Part shown: in pieces, positions 47,538-57,726 of the stretch
How the letters are laid out: each line of letters starts with the position of its first letter
How positions within the stretch are numbered: the first letter of the stretch is position 1
DNA from: Candidatus Eiseniibacteriota bacterium
GTDB taxonomy: Bacteria > Eisenbacteria > RBG-16-71-46 > CAIMUX01 > VGJL01
Direction of reading: 5' to 3'
NCBI GenBank assembly: GCA_041946735.1
Contig: JBHGAY010000018.1
Location: forward strand, 1 to 64,000
DNA length: 64,000 bases
The notes under the pieces: model-generated
What the model was told of the DNA's origin: nothing
What the model saw: only the letters and a program-made list of their open reading frames with translations
The model's database searches: none
Translations under genes and position numbers: made by a program

Positions 47538-48476
47538 CTAGCCCCTCGCCCGGGAGGCGCCCATGCAGTGCACGAGGATCGCCTTCTGCAGATGCATCCG
47601 GTTCTCCGCCTCGTCGAAGACGATCGAGTGCGGGCCGTCCATCACTTCGTCGGTGATCTCCTCCCCCCGATGGGCCGGCAGGCAGTGCATCACGAGAACG
47701 TCGGGCGCCGCCTTGGAGAGCATCTTCGCGTCGACCTGGAATCCGGCGAAGGCCGCGCGGCGCTTCGCCGCCTCGGCTTCCTGCCCCATGCTCGTCCATG
47801 TGTCCGTGTAGATCACCCTGGCCCCGCGGACCGCCTCGTCCGGACGCCGCACGACCGTCACCTTTCCGCGCCCGCGCGCCTTGACCGCCTCGATCGCCTT
47901 CGGATCGGGGTCGTATCCTTCCGGGCAGGCGAGGCGCAGATCGATCGCGTAGGAAAGAGCCGCGTCGATCCAGCTCTTCGCGACGTTGTTGCCGTCGCCG
48001 ATCCAGGCGAGCGACAGCCCATCGAGCGCCACCCCCTTCTCGCGAAGCGTGAACATGTCGGCGAGGATCTGGCAGGGGTGATCGGAGTCGGTAAGGCCGT
48101 TGATCACCGGCACGCGCGCGTACCGCGCGAGATCCTCGACGTCCGACTGGTGGAAGGTCCGGATCATGATCCCATCGACGAAGCGGGAGATGACGTTCGC
48201 GATGTCGTGGATCGACTCGCGCTTCCCGAAGCCGATCTCCGCATCGGTGATGTAAAGCGAGTGGCCGCCGAGCTGGTTCATTCCGACGTCGAAGGAGACG
48301 CGCGTCCGCAGGGACGGCTTGTGGAAGATCAGCGCGAGGGACCGCCCCGCGAGCCGCGGCTCCGGGCGCCCCGTCCTCCACGACTCCTTGAGCGTCGCAG
48401 CCAGATCGAGGATCAGATCAAGCTCCTCGCGCCCGAACTGCGCGAGGGTGAGGAAGTCCACCTTGCCTTTTGCCAT
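47538..48476 (-). CDS. argF: Ornithine carbamoyltransferase
   Basis: KPSLRTRVSF, HPCQ, GDGNNV, DTWTSMGQE, HCLPAHRGEE, EAENR. Confidence 0.95.
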   Translation of the reverse strand: MAKGKVDFLTLAQFGREELDLILDLAATLKESWRTGRPEPRLAGRSLALIFHKPSLRTRVSFDVGMNQLGGHSLYITDAEIGFGKRESIHDIANVISRFVDGIMIRTFHQSDVEDLARYARVPVINGLTDSDHPCQILADMFTLREKGVALDGLSLAWIGDGNNVAKSWIDAALSYAIDLRLACPEGYDPDPKAIEAVKARGRGKVTVVRRPDEAVRGARVIYTDTWTSMGQEAEAAKRRAAFAGFQVDAKMLSKAAPDVLVMHCLPAHRGEEITDEVMDGPHSIVFDEAENRMHLQKAILVHCMGASRARG

Positions 48477-48518
48477 CTCTCCCCTCCCGTTCCCTAGCCT
48501 CTACCGCTCAAGAGCCGG

Positions 48519-49910
48519 CTACAGGATGAACCGGCTCAAGTCCTTGTTTCCCGCGATCGGCGCGAGCCTCGCCTCCACCATCGCGACGTCGATCGTCACC
48601 GTCCCCGCGACCGTCTCCGGCGCGTCGAAGAGCAGATCTTCGAGAAGCGTCGTCAAGACGGTGTGGAGCCTCCGCGCCCCGATGTTCTCGGTCGCCTCGT
48701 TCACCTCCGCCGCGATCGCCGCGATCCGGTCGATCGCCTCGCTCAGGAAGACGACCTCCACGCCCTCGGTGCGCAAGAGAGCCTGGTACTGCTTGATCAG
48801 CGCGTTCTGCGGTTCCGTCAGGATCCGGATGAAGTCGCCCTCCGTCAACGGCGAGAGCTCCACGCGGATCGGGAACCGTCCCTGGAACTCCGGAATCATG
48901 TCGGAAGGATCGTTCTGATGAAAGGCCCCCGCTCCGATGAAAAGGATGTGGTCGGTCTTGACCACCCCGTGCTTCGTCGTGACGTTCGACCCCTCGAGGA
49001 TCGGCAGCAGGTCGCGCTGGACTCCCTCCCGGGAGACCTCCGGCCCCGCCCCCTGGTGCTTCCCGGCGATCTTGTCGATCTCGTCGATGAAGACGATCCC
49101 CCTCTCCTGCGCCCGGGCGAGTCCCTCCTGCACGATCTGGTCCATGTCGACCAGCCGGTTCGTCTCCTCCTGCACGAGGATCGCCCGCGCCTCCGCGACC
49201 CGGATCCGGCGCCGCTTGCGCCGCTTGGGAAAGACGGACTCGAACGCCTCCTGGATCGAGCCGTCGGAGTCTTCCATCCCCATCTGCGTGAGGATCGGGA
49301 TCCCCGGCGAACGGGCCTCCACGTCCACCTCGACCATCCGGTCGTCGAGGAAGCCATTGCGCAGCTGCTCGCGCAGCCTCTCGCGCGTGCGGCTCCGCGA
49401 ATCCTCCTGCGCGCCGCCGCCCTCGCCTGCCGCGCCGGCTTCGCCTTCGGTCGTCGTCTCGTCGGCGAAGGCGGCAGGACGGCGTCGCGGGCGCGGCAGC
49501 AGCAGGTCCAGGATCCTCTCCTCCGCCTGCGCCTCCGCCTTCGCCCGCACCTCCTCGGCCGCCGAGGCGCGCACCATCGAGATCGACAGCTCGACCAGGT
49601 CGCGCACCATCGACTCGACGTCCCGCCCGACGTAGCCGACCTCGGTGAACTTCGACGCCTCGACCTTGACGAACGGCGCCTCCGCCAGCCGCGCGAGCCG
49701 GCGCGCAATCTCCGTCTTGCCGACGCCGGTCGGTCCGATCATCAGGATGTTGTTCGGAAGGATCTCCTCGCGCATCTCCCCGCTCACCTGTTGCCTTCGG
49801 AACCGGTTGCGGAGCGCGATCGCGACCGCCTTCTTCGCCGCCGCCTGGCCCACCACGTAGCGGTCCAGCTCGACGACGATCTGTCGCGGGGTGAGGTGCG
49901 AGGAATCCAT
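48519..49910 (-). CDS. hslU: HslU ATPase subunit
   Basis: GPTGVGKTEIARRLA, GYVGRDVESM, FIDEIDK, GVQRDLLP, NIGARRL. Confidence 0.97.
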   Translation of the reverse strand: MDSSHLTPRQIVVELDRYVVGQAAAKKAVAIALRNRFRRQQVSGEMREEILPNNILMIGPTGVGKTEIARRLARLAEAPFVKVEASKFTEVGYVGRDVESMVRDLVELSISMVRASAAEEVRAKAEAQAEERILDLLLPRPRRRPAAFADETTTEGEAGAAGEGGGAQEDSRSRTRERLREQLRNGFLDDRMVEVDVEARSPGIPILTQMGMEDSDGSIQEAFESVFPKRRKRRRIRVAEARAILVQEETNRLVDMDQIVQEGLARAQERGIVFIDEIDKIAGKHQGAGPEVSREGVQRDLLPILEGSNVTTKHGVVKTDHILFIGAGAFHQNDPSDMIPEFQGRFPIRVELSPLTEGDFIRILTEPQNALIKQYQALLRTEGVEVVFLSEAIDRIAAIAAEVNEATENIGARRLHTVLTTLLEDLLFDAPETVAGTVTIDVAMVEARLAPIAGNKDLSRFIL

Positions 49911-50468
49911 CTAGGCCTCCGCGGGCAGGCTCTCCACCTGGATCGTCCCGCCCGTGTAGATGCAGATCTCCGCCGCGGTCTTCAAAGCCTCCTCGACGAC
50001 CTTCTCCGCCGCGAGATCGGTGTGCCGGATGAGGGCGCGGGTGGCAGCGAGCGCGTAGCCGGCCCCCGAGCCGATCGCCAGGATGCCGTCGTCGGGCTCG
50101 ATCAGGTCGCCGCTTCCCGAGAGGGCGAACCCCCGCTCGGCGTCGAGGACGATGAGTTGCGCGTGAAGATGCCGAAGCATCCGGTCCGTCCGCCAGAGCC
50201 GCGCGACCTCGACCGCCGCCCGGGTGAGGTTCCCGCGGTGCCCCTCGAGGCTCTTCTCGAACCGCTCGAAGAGGGTCAGCGCGTCCGCGGCGCCGCCGGC
50301 GAATCCCGCCAGGACGCGACCGCCGCCGAGCACGCGGATCTTGCGCGCCGTCTGCTTGACGATCGTCTCGCCCGCCGTCACCTGCCCGTCGCACGCGATC
50401 GCCGCGCGGCCACCGTGGACGAGCCCCAGGACGGTGGTTCCCCGCATCGCCGGCATGGATCGCTTCAT
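49911..50468 (-). CDS. hslV: HslV protease subunit
   Basis: G|TTVL, DGQVT, GFAGGAADA, AIGSG, ICIYT. Confidence 0.95.
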   Translation of the reverse strand: MKRSMPAMRGTTVLGLVHGGRAAIACDGQVTAGETIVKQTARKIRVLGGGRVLAGFAGGAADALTLFERFEKSLEGHRGNLTRAAVEVARLWRTDRMLRHLHAQLIVLDAERGFALSGSGDLIEPDDGILAIGSGAGYALAATRALIRHTDLAAEKVVEEALKTAAEICIYTGGTIQVESLPAEA

Positions 50469-50485
50469 CGTTCGCCCCCTCTCCC

Positions 50486-51430
50486 TCAGGATCCCCGCGG
50501 ATGGAAGCGCTCGATCGCATCGCGCAGCGCCTCGATCGAGACATGGGTGTAGACCTGCGTCGTGCCGAGGTTCGCGTGACCGAGCAGCTCCTGGATCGCC
50601 CGGATCTCGGCGCCGTGATCGAGCAGGTGGGTCGCAAAGGAGTGCCGCAGCGCGTGCGGCGAGGTGCCGCCGGCGCGCGCGAGGCGCCCGAGATGGAGCG
50701 CCACGCGCCGCTGCACCGTCCGCGGGTGGATCCGCCGGCCGTTGGGACCCGGGAATAGCGGCGCTCCCTTCCGGTCGGCTGCCGCCGCCGCGGCGAGATG
50801 CTCGCGCAGGGCGCCCGCCGCCGGCGGCCCGAAGCAGACGATCCGCTCCTTGCGTCCCTTGCCGAGCACGCGGACCGTCCCTCCCTCGAGATCGACGTCC
50901 TCGCGGTCGAGCCCCACCAGCTCGGACAGCCGAATACCGGTCGCGTAGAGCAGCTCGAGAATCGCATGGTCGCGCCGCGACCTCGGATCGTCTGCCCAAG
51001 GACCGTCGAGAAGCTTCTGCAGCTCCGGCTCGGGGATGAAGCGAGGCAAGCGATGGCCCGCGCGAGGAAGGACGAGACGCAGCGCCGGATTCTCGGAGAG
51101 CAGGCCGCGGCGCTGGCAGTAGCGGCCGAAGGCGCGCAACGCCGCCACCTTGCGGATCACGCTGCGCGGGCTGGTCCGGCGGCTCGCGAGGATGCTGAGA
51201 AAGGCACGAAGCACGGGAAGGCGGAAGGCCTCGAGCCCGCTCTGCCCGCGCGAGGCCGCCCAGGAGAGGAACTGGCGGACGTCGGAGCGATAGGCGCGGG
51301 CGGTGTGCTCGCTCTTGCCTTCGACCTCGAGCAGCTGGCGACCCGCCCAGTTCTCGACGGCAGCCGCCAGGGGCCCGCTCGGCCCCGGCATGCCGGCCCC
51401 TTCCCCGCGGCGGGCGGTAGGGCCGGACAC
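50486..51430 (-). CDS. xerC: Chromosomal tyrosine recombinase XerC
   Basis: LYATGIRLSEL, GKGRKER, HALRHSFATHLL, LLGH...TTQVY; conserved topA-xerC-hslVU context. Confidence 0.9.
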   Translation of the reverse strand: MSGPTARRGEGAGMPGPSGPLAAAVENWAGRQLLEVEGKSEHTARAYRSDVRQFLSWAASRGQSGLEAFRLPVLRAFLSILASRRTSPRSVIRKVAALRAFGRYCQRRGLLSENPALRLVLPRAGHRLPRFIPEPELQKLLDGPWADDPRSRRDHAILELLYATGIRLSELVGLDREDVDLEGGTVRVLGKGRKERIVCFGPPAAGALREHLAAAAAADRKGAPLFPGPNGRRIHPRTVQRRVALHLGRLARAGGTSPHALRHSFATHLLDHGAEIRAIQELLGHANLGTTQVYTHVSIEALRDAIERFHPRGS

Positions 51431-51431
51431 C

Positions 51432-53702
51432 TCAGTCCTCCTGTGGCCGGGCCGCCATCTCCGTCTCGAGCATCTCGACGTGGCGACACTCGCGGCGCGG
51501 GCACTGCAGGTGGAATCCCTTCGCCTTCGTCACCTTCTCGACCATCAGCGGGTGGCCGCAGGCCGGGCAGGGCCGGGCGACGGGGCGATCCCACACCGCG
51601 TAGTTGCACTTCGGATACTGATCGCAGGCGAAGAAGAGCCGCCCGCGCTTGCGCCCGCGCTTCTCGACGAGCATGCCCGGGCACCCTTCGTTGGGGCACG
51701 GGACGCCGGTCGAGACCGAGGCGGTCGTACGGCACTCCGGGTAGTTCTGGCAGGCGACGAAGCGGCCGAACCGGCCGGTCCGCATCACCATCGGCGCTCC
51801 GCACTTCGGGCAGCTGTCCCCGGTCGGGACCGGGATCTCTTCTTCCTTGAGCGGCTTGGTGAACTTGCACTCCGGATAGCGAGGGCACGCGAGGAACGGG
51901 CCGTTGCGCCCGAACTTCTTCACGAGCTTCGAGCCGCACAGCTCGCACTCCTGGTCGCTCTCCTCCTGGACCGCGCTCTTCAGCTCCTCGCGCCGCGACT
52001 CCGCCGACGTGAGGTCCTTGCGGAACGGATCGTAGAAGGAGCGAACCACCTCGCCCCACGGATCCTCTCCCGTCTCGACCTTGTCGAGCTCCTCCTCCAT
52101 CCGGGCCGTGAAGTCGACGTCGAAGACGTCCGGAAAGACCTGGACGAGCAGGCGCGTCACGGTTCGGCCGAGATCGGTCGGCTTGAAGCGTCCCTTCTCC
52201 TTGTGGACGTACTCGCGCTTGGAGATCGTCGCGACGATCGTCGCATAGGTCGACGGGCGGCCGATCCCGCGCTCCTCGAGAGCCTTGACGAGCGACGCCT
52301 CCGTATAGCGGGGCGGCGGCTGCGTGAAATGCTGCTCCGGGATGGAGGAGCGATAGCCGAGCGGCTGTCCCGCCTCGACCGCCGGAAGCTTGCCGCCTTC
52401 TTCGTCCGGCCCGAGCTTCTCGGCGTCCTCGTCGGGACGGTCCTCGTACACCTTCGTGAAGCCGTCGAAGACCGGGCGGCTGCCGGTCGCGCGCAGCAGG
52501 AACCGGCCCGCTTCAACGTCGATCGTCGTGACCTCGCTCACCGCGGGGTTCATCTGCGAGGCGACGAAACGGTTCCAGATCAGCGTGTAGAGGCGAAGCT
52601 GTTCGCTCGTCAGGTACTTCTTGAGCGACGCCGGGGTGCGCGTGACCGAAGTCGGACGGATCGCCTCGTGCGCCTCCTGCGCGCGCGCCCGCACCGCATA
52701 GGTCGGCGGCGCGTCCGGCAGGTATTCCTTGCCGTAGGCGCGCTCGATGTACGCGCGCGCCTGCTCCTGCGCCTCCCTGCTCGTTCGGGTGGAGTCTGTG
52801 CGCATGTAGGTGATGAGACCCACCACCCCTTCGTCTCCGATCTCGATCCCCTCGTACAGCTCCTGAGCGACCGACATCGTCTTCTTGGCCGGGAAGTGCA
52901 GCCGGCGATACCCCTCCTGCTGGAGGGTCGAGGTGATGAACGGAGCGAACGGATTGCGGCGCCGCGGCTGCGTCTTGACCTCGGCGACCCGGAATGCCGC
53001 CTTCTCCAGCTCCCGCAGCAGGGCATCGACCGCCTCACGGCTCGGCAGCGACGGCTTCTCGCCGTCGACCTTGACGAGCCGCACGCGCAACGACTCCTTC
53101 TGCAGCGTCGCGAGCAGGACGTCGAGCGTCCAGTATTCCTGCGAGCGGAACGCCTCGATCTCGTCCTCGCGATCGCAGATCAGCCGCAGCGCGACCGACT
53201 GCACGCGTCCCGCCGAGAGGCCGTAGCGGATCGTCGTCCAGAGGAACGGCGAAACGAGATAGCCGACCAGACGATCCATCACGCGGCGCGCCTGCTGCGC
53301 GTCCACCAGGTTCTGGTCGATCGGTCTCGGGTGCGCCAGCGCCGCCTGCACCGCGCTCTTCGTGATCTCGTGGAACTCGAGCCGCTCGATCGGCTTCTTG
53401 CCGTTCCCCAGGTAGTCGGCCAGGTGCCAGGCGATCGCCTCTCCCTCCCGATCGGGGTCCGGGGCAAGCAGGATCCGCTTCGCGCCCTTCGAGGCGTCCT
53501 TCAGCTCCTTCAGCACTTTCGCTTTCGAGCGCAGCGTCTCGTATTGGGGGGTGAATCCGTTGTCGAGGTCGACGCCGAGCCCGGACTTCGGGAGGTCCCG
53601 GATGTGCCCCATCGAGGCGAGGACCTTGAAGTCCTTGCCCAGGAAGGTCGAGATCGCCCGCGCCTTGGTCGGGGATTCGACGATGATCAGAGAGCCAGCC
53701 AT
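51432..53702 (-). CDS. topA: DNA topoisomerase I
   Basis: IVESPTKA, DPDREGEAI, SAGRVQS, ITYMRTDS, GIGRPSTY, C-terminal Zn ribbons. Confidence 0.97.
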   Translation of the reverse strand: MAGSLIIVESPTKARAISTFLGKDFKVLASMGHIRDLPKSGLGVDLDNGFTPQYETLRSKAKVLKELKDASKGAKRILLAPDPDREGEAIAWHLADYLGNGKKPIERLEFHEITKSAVQAALAHPRPIDQNLVDAQQARRVMDRLVGYLVSPFLWTTIRYGLSAGRVQSVALRLICDREDEIEAFRSQEYWTLDVLLATLQKESLRVRLVKVDGEKPSLPSREAVDALLRELEKAAFRVAEVKTQPRRRNPFAPFITSTLQQEGYRRLHFPAKKTMSVAQELYEGIEIGDEGVVGLITYMRTDSTRTSREAQEQARAYIERAYGKEYLPDAPPTYAVRARAQEAHEAIRPTSVTRTPASLKKYLTSEQLRLYTLIWNRFVASQMNPAVSEVTTIDVEAGRFLLRATGSRPVFDGFTKVYEDRPDEDAEKLGPDEEGGKLPAVEAGQPLGYRSSIPEQHFTQPPPRYTEASLVKALEERGIGRPSTYATIVATISKREYVHKEKGRFKPTDLGRTVTRLLVQVFPDVFDVDFTARMEEELDKVETGEDPWGEVVRSFYDPFRKDLTSAESRREELKSAVQEESDQECELCGSKLVKKFGRNGPFLACPRYPECKFTKPLKEEEIPVPTGDSCPKCGAPMVMRTGRFGRFVACQNYPECRTTASVSTGVPCPNEGCPGMLVEKRGRKRGRLFFACDQYPKCNYAVWDRPVARPCPACGHPLMVEKVTKAKGFHLQCPRRECRHVEMLETEMAARPQED

Positions 53703-53730
53703 CGGATCGAAAAGACCTCCTGCCTTGAGG

Positions 53731-56700
53731 CTATTCGGTCGCCCCGCAGCACTTCTTGTACTTCTTGCCGCTACCGCACGGACACGGATCGTTGCGGCCC
53801 ACTTTCGGTCCCCTGCGCACCGCCGGAGCGGCTACCGGACCCGAGGCGAGAGGCGCGGCGACAGAGCCGCCACCCCCACCGCCACCGTCCGGTTGGGCTT
53901 CCGCGCCGCCTCCCCCGAAGGACGAGACGCTCGCATGCACCGACTGCGTCGCGCCCGCCACCACCCGCCGCCTCTCCGGGATCCCCCCGGCGAGAACCGG
54001 CTCCCGAGCGGGGGCCGTGCCGCGCGAAGCGGCCGCCTGGTGCCGGGCGGCGATGGCCGCCGCTGCCTGCTGCTCCTGGGCTTGGGCTTGCGCCTGCGCC
54101 TGCGCGACCGGCATCGGGACGACCCGGAAGAGCAGCTTCACCGTCTCCTGCTCGATGCTCGTCATCATCTCTTCGAACATCCGGAACGCCTCGCCCTTGT
54201 ACTCGAGCAGCGGATCCTTCTGGGCGTAGGAGCGGAGGTAGATGCCCTCCCGCATGATGTCGATCTCGTGGAGATGGTCGCGCCACTTCTCGTCGATGAT
54301 GGCAAGCAGGACCCGGCGCTCCACCTCGCGCATCTGCGGCCCGAACATCGCCTCCCGATCGGCGTACGCCTCGCGAACCGCGTCGAGGCAGCGCTGCCGG
54401 ACCTCGTCGCGCCCCGGAGTCTGCATCTTCGTCAGAGGGACGGACGCGAGGAGCATCGCTTCCATCTCTCCCTGCAGCGCCTCGAGGTCCCAGTCCTCCG
54501 GCTTCGATCCCTCGGGGACCAGCCGTGACATCTTCTCGTCGATCAGGCTTTCGATCATCTCGAGGACGCGGCTCTGGATGTCGTGCCCGTCGAGCACCTC
54601 GTTGCGGAGGCCGTAGATCACCTCACGCTGCCGGTTCATCACGTCGTCGTATTCGAGCAGCCGCTTGCGGATGCCGAAGTTCTGCGCCTCGACCCGCTTC
54701 TGCGCCCGCTCGATCGAGCGCGTGACGAGAGGATGGGTGATCACCTCGCCTTCCTCGACTCCGAGCCGGTTCATGATCCCGGCGATCCGGTCGCTCCCGA
54801 AGAGGCGCATCAGGTCGTCCTCGAGCGACAGGAAGAACCGGCTCATTCCCGGATCCCCCTGGCGCCCGGAGCGCCCGCGCAGCTGACGGTCGATGCGACG
54901 GCTCTCGTGCCGTTCGGTCCCGATGATGACGAGACCGCACGGCATCATGTCGCGGCAGGCGGCGACCGACTTCGTCGCCTGGCAGTCGCCCACCCCGCCC
55001 GCCGAGTTGACGAGGCACTTGCGTCCCTTCACGACCCCCGGGCCGAGCTTGATGTCGGTGCCGCGGCCGGCCATGTTCGTGGCGATCGTGACGGCGCCGG
55101 GCTGCCCGGCCTTGGCGACGATCTCCGCTTCCTGCTGGTGGTACTTCGCGTTGAGAACGTGATGGGAGATCCCCTTGCGCTTGAGCATTCGCGAGAGGGT
55201 CTCGCTCACCTCGACCGACACCGTACCGACCAGCACCGGCAGGCCGAGCAGGTGCACGCGCTCGATCTCGTCGATGATCGCGTTGTACTTCTCGCGCCTC
55301 GTCCGGAAGATCCAGTCGTCGTAGTCGACGCGCCGCACCGCCTCGTTCGTTGGAATGACGACGACGTCGAGCTTGTAGATCTGGAAGAACTCGCCCGCCT
55401 CCGTCTCGGCGGTTCCGGTCATTCCGGCGAGCTTCTCGTAGAGGCGGAAGTAGTTCTGCAGCGTGATCGTCGCGAGGGTCTGGTTCTCCCCCTCGATCTT
55501 CACGCGCTCCTTCGCCTCGATCGCCTGGTGGAGGCCGTCCGAGTAGCGGCGCCCCGGCATCAAGCGGCCGGTGAACTCGTCGACGATCAGGACCTTCCCG
55601 TCCTGGACGACGTACTCCACGTCCTTCTCGAATAGGCAGTAGGCGCGCAACAGCTGCGTCACGTTTGCGAGCTGCTCGCTCTTGCGGGCGTACTCGCGGT
55701 GGAGCTTCTCCTTCGCCTCCGCCTTGTCGCGCGGGGTGAGGTCGTCGCGCCGCTCGATCCGCCCGACCTGCTCGGAAAGATCGGGAAGCACGAAGAGGTC
55801 GGGATCGTCGGGCGGGGCGAGCTTGTCGTTGCCGATGTCGGAGGTCGCGATCGTGTGCCCTCGCTCGTCGACGTAGAAGAGGAGATCCTCGTCGAGCTCG
55901 TGGAGGCGCTTGTCGCGCATGTAGTCGGTCTCGACCTGCTGGATCAGCTTCTTCAGGTCCCCCTCACTGATCAGCTTGAGGAACTTCTTGTTCTTCGGCG
56001 CGCCGCGCTGCACCTGGAGCAGCCGGATGCCGGCGCGATAGCGGGAGTCGGCATCGCCGCGAGCGAGCAGCTCCTGCGCTTCCTCGAGGAAGCGGTTGAC
56101 CAGGACGTTCTGCTCCCGGACGAGGTTCTCGACGAGGGGGCGGAGCCGGTCGAACTGCTGATTCGAGCCGACCACCGGGCCGGAGATGATGAGCGGTGTC
56201 CGCGCCTCGTCGATCAGGACCGAGTCGACCTCGTCGACGATCGCGTAGTGATGGCCGCGCTGCACCCGCTCATCCGCCTGGACGACCATGTTGTCGCGCA
56301 GGTAATCGAAGCCGAACTCGTTGTTCGTTCCGTAGGTGACGTCGCAGCGGTAGGCCTCGCGGCGCGTCGCGTTGTCCATGTCGTGGAAGACGCACCCGAC
56401 GGTGAGCCCCAGGTCTTTCAGGATCTGTCCGACCCATTCGGAGTCACGGCGCGCCAGGTAGTCGTTGACCGTGATGAGGTGGCACCCCTTGCCGCTCAAC
56501 GCGTTGAGATAGAGCGGCAGGATCGCGACGAGGGTCTTCCCTTCTCCGGTCGCCATCTCCGCGATCTTCCCCTGGTGCAGGACGATCCCACCGATCAACT
56601 GCACGTCGTAGGGGACCATCTCCCACCGGATCTCCTGCCCGACGACCAGCCAGCTCTTTCCCACCCGCCGGCGGCAGGCGTCCTTCACGACGGCGAACGC

Positions 56701-56919
56701 CTCCGGGAGGAGATCGTCGGTCGTCGCCCCCGACGCGATTCGCGCCCGGAACTCGTCGGTCTTGGCGCGCAGTTGTTCGTCGGTCAGGGAGGCGAGCTTC
56801 GCGTACTCTTCGTTGATCCTTCGGACGAGAGGGTAGAGCTGTTTGAGGTCCCGCTCCGATTTCGTGCCGAAGACCCGGGTGACCGCACGGTTCCCGGTAT
56901 TCTTCAATGCTGCCCACAT
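53731..56919 (-). CDS. secA: Preprotein translocase ATPase SecA
   Basis: [44 protein letters not shown] motif [18 protein letters not shown]. Confidence 0.98.
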   Translation of the reverse strand: MWAALKNTGNRAVTRVFGTKSERDLKQLYPLVRRINEEYAKLASLTDEQLRAKTDEFRARIASGATTDDLLPEAFAVVKDACRRRVGKSWLVVGQEIRWEMVPYDVQLIGGIVLHQGKIAEMATGEGKTLVAILPLYLNALSGKGCHLITVNDYLARRDSEWVGQILKDLGLTVGCVFHDMDNATRREAYRCDVTYGTNNEFGFDYLRDNMVVQADERVQRGHHYAIVDEVDSVLIDEARTPLIISGPVVGSNQQFDRLRPLVENLVREQNVLVNRFLEEAQELLARGDADSRYRAGIRLLQVQRGAPKNKKFLKLISEGDLKKLIQQVETDYMRDKRLHELDEDLLFYVDERGHTIATSDIGNDKLAPPDDPDLFVLPDLSEQVGRIERRDDLTPRDKAEAKEKLHREYARKSEQLANVTQLLRAYCLFEKDVEYVVQDGKVLIVDEFTGRLMPGRRYSDGLHQAIEAKERVKIEGENQTLATITLQNYFRLYEKLAGMTGTAETEAGEFFQIYKLDVVVIPTNEAVRRVDYDDWIFRTRREKYNAIIDEIERVHLLGLPVLVGTVSVEVSETLSRMLKRKGISHHVLNAKYHQQEAEIVAKAGQPGAVTIATNMAGRGTDIKLGPGVVKGRKCLVNSAGGVGDCQATKSVAACRDMMPCGLVIIGTERHESRRIDRQLRGRSGRQGDPGMSRFFLSLEDDLMRLFGSDRIAGIMNRLGVEEGEVITHPLVTRSIERAQKRVEAQNFGIRKRLLEYDDVMNRQREVIYGLRNEVLDGHDIQSRVLEMIESLIDEKMSRLVPEGSKPEDWDLEALQGEMEAMLLASVPLTKMQTPGRDEVRQRCLDAVREAYADREAMFGPQMREVERRVLLAIIDEKWRDHLHEIDIMREGIYLRSYAQKDPLLEYKGEAFRMFEEMMTSIEQETVKLLFRVVPMPVAQAQAQAQAQEQQAAAAIAARHQAAASRGTAPAREPVLAGGIPERRRVVAGATQSVHASVSSFGGGGAEAQPDGGGGGGGSVAAPLASGPVAAPAVRRGPKVGRNDPCPCGSGKKYKKCCGATE

Positions 56920-57078
56920 CTTCTTTCTCGATCCTCCTGTCGGATCCCGGACTGGAAGGGTATTCCGGGAAAATCACAGCCCCGAACCCCTGACGGGTCC
57001 GGGGCGATCCGCATCCCGCGCGGAGTGTTCGTGCCCTTTACACCGGCACTGTGGCGACGGTTGCACGAGGTTCGCGGC

Positions 57079-57107
57079 ATTCTAGGCACCCTCCGGAGGA
57101 CCGTCAA
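57079..57107 (-). promoter_or_regulatory. Sigma70 promoter for secA
   Basis: TTGACG-17 nt-TAGAAT, near consensus. Confidence 0.75.
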
Positions 57108-57153
57108 GCCGGCTCCAGCGCCCCTTTCCGCGAACCTGGCCCGTTCCCGCCGC

Positions 57154-57726
57154 TCACCGTAGCAGCGTCATGGCGAAGCCGGCGCTGAGGGAGATCCTCA
57201 TATTGTCGTCGAGTGGGATCGGCACGAGCTCGAAGATCGTCGCCGCCGCAGCCCCACCGACCATCATACGCCAGGTGAACGGGTCCCCCGGATACAGGAC
57301 CGCGAGCGCGAGGCAGGAAAGGAAGCAGGCGAGGGATCCTTCCAAGGTCTTGCCGAAGATGCGGATACGGCCGATCCGGCGCCCGACGATCGCCGCCATG
57401 CCGTCGCCGACCGCGAGGAAGGCCATGGCCACGATCGCGATCGGGCGCTCGAAAGCCCAGGCGCAGAGCAGCCCCGCGATGAGGACGTAGGTCGATCCGA
57501 GCAGGTTGTGGCGCTCGTGCTCCCGCACGATCTTTCCAAAGAGGTAGTAGAAGACCGTCCGGACGCGGGGCTCGTTGAGGCGGATCACGTCGAGGACGAG
57601 GGCGACGAGGGTGAGGTAGAGGAGCAGCTCCTTGCCGATCCTCTCGGGAATCAGGTAGTAACCGATCGGGACGACCATCCCGGTGAGGTGGAACGCCTTG
57701 CGGCGCAGCTCCGAGAGCCATCTCAT
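57154..57726 (-). CDS. CTP-dependent polyprenol/diacylglycerol kinase family (SEC59/VTE5/DGK1-like) membrane protein
   Basis: ELRRKAFH, VGDGMAAIVG, GKTLEGS, DDN motifs. Confidence 0.85.
   Translation of the reverse strand: MRWLSELRRKAFHLTGMVVPIGYYLIPERIGKELLLYLTLVALVLDVIRLNEPRVRTVFYYLFGKIVREHERHNLLGSTYVLIAGLLCAWAFERPIAIVAMAFLAVGDGMAAIVGRRIGRIRIFGKTLEGSLACFLSCLALAVLYPGDPFTWRMMVGGAAAATIFELVPIPLDDNMRISLSAGFAMTLLR

Noticed and set aside
50486..51430. Tyrosine recombinase as the integrase of a mobile element
   Set aside because: It has XerC size and motifs and lies in the conserved topA-xerC-hslV-hslU context, so it is housekeeping.
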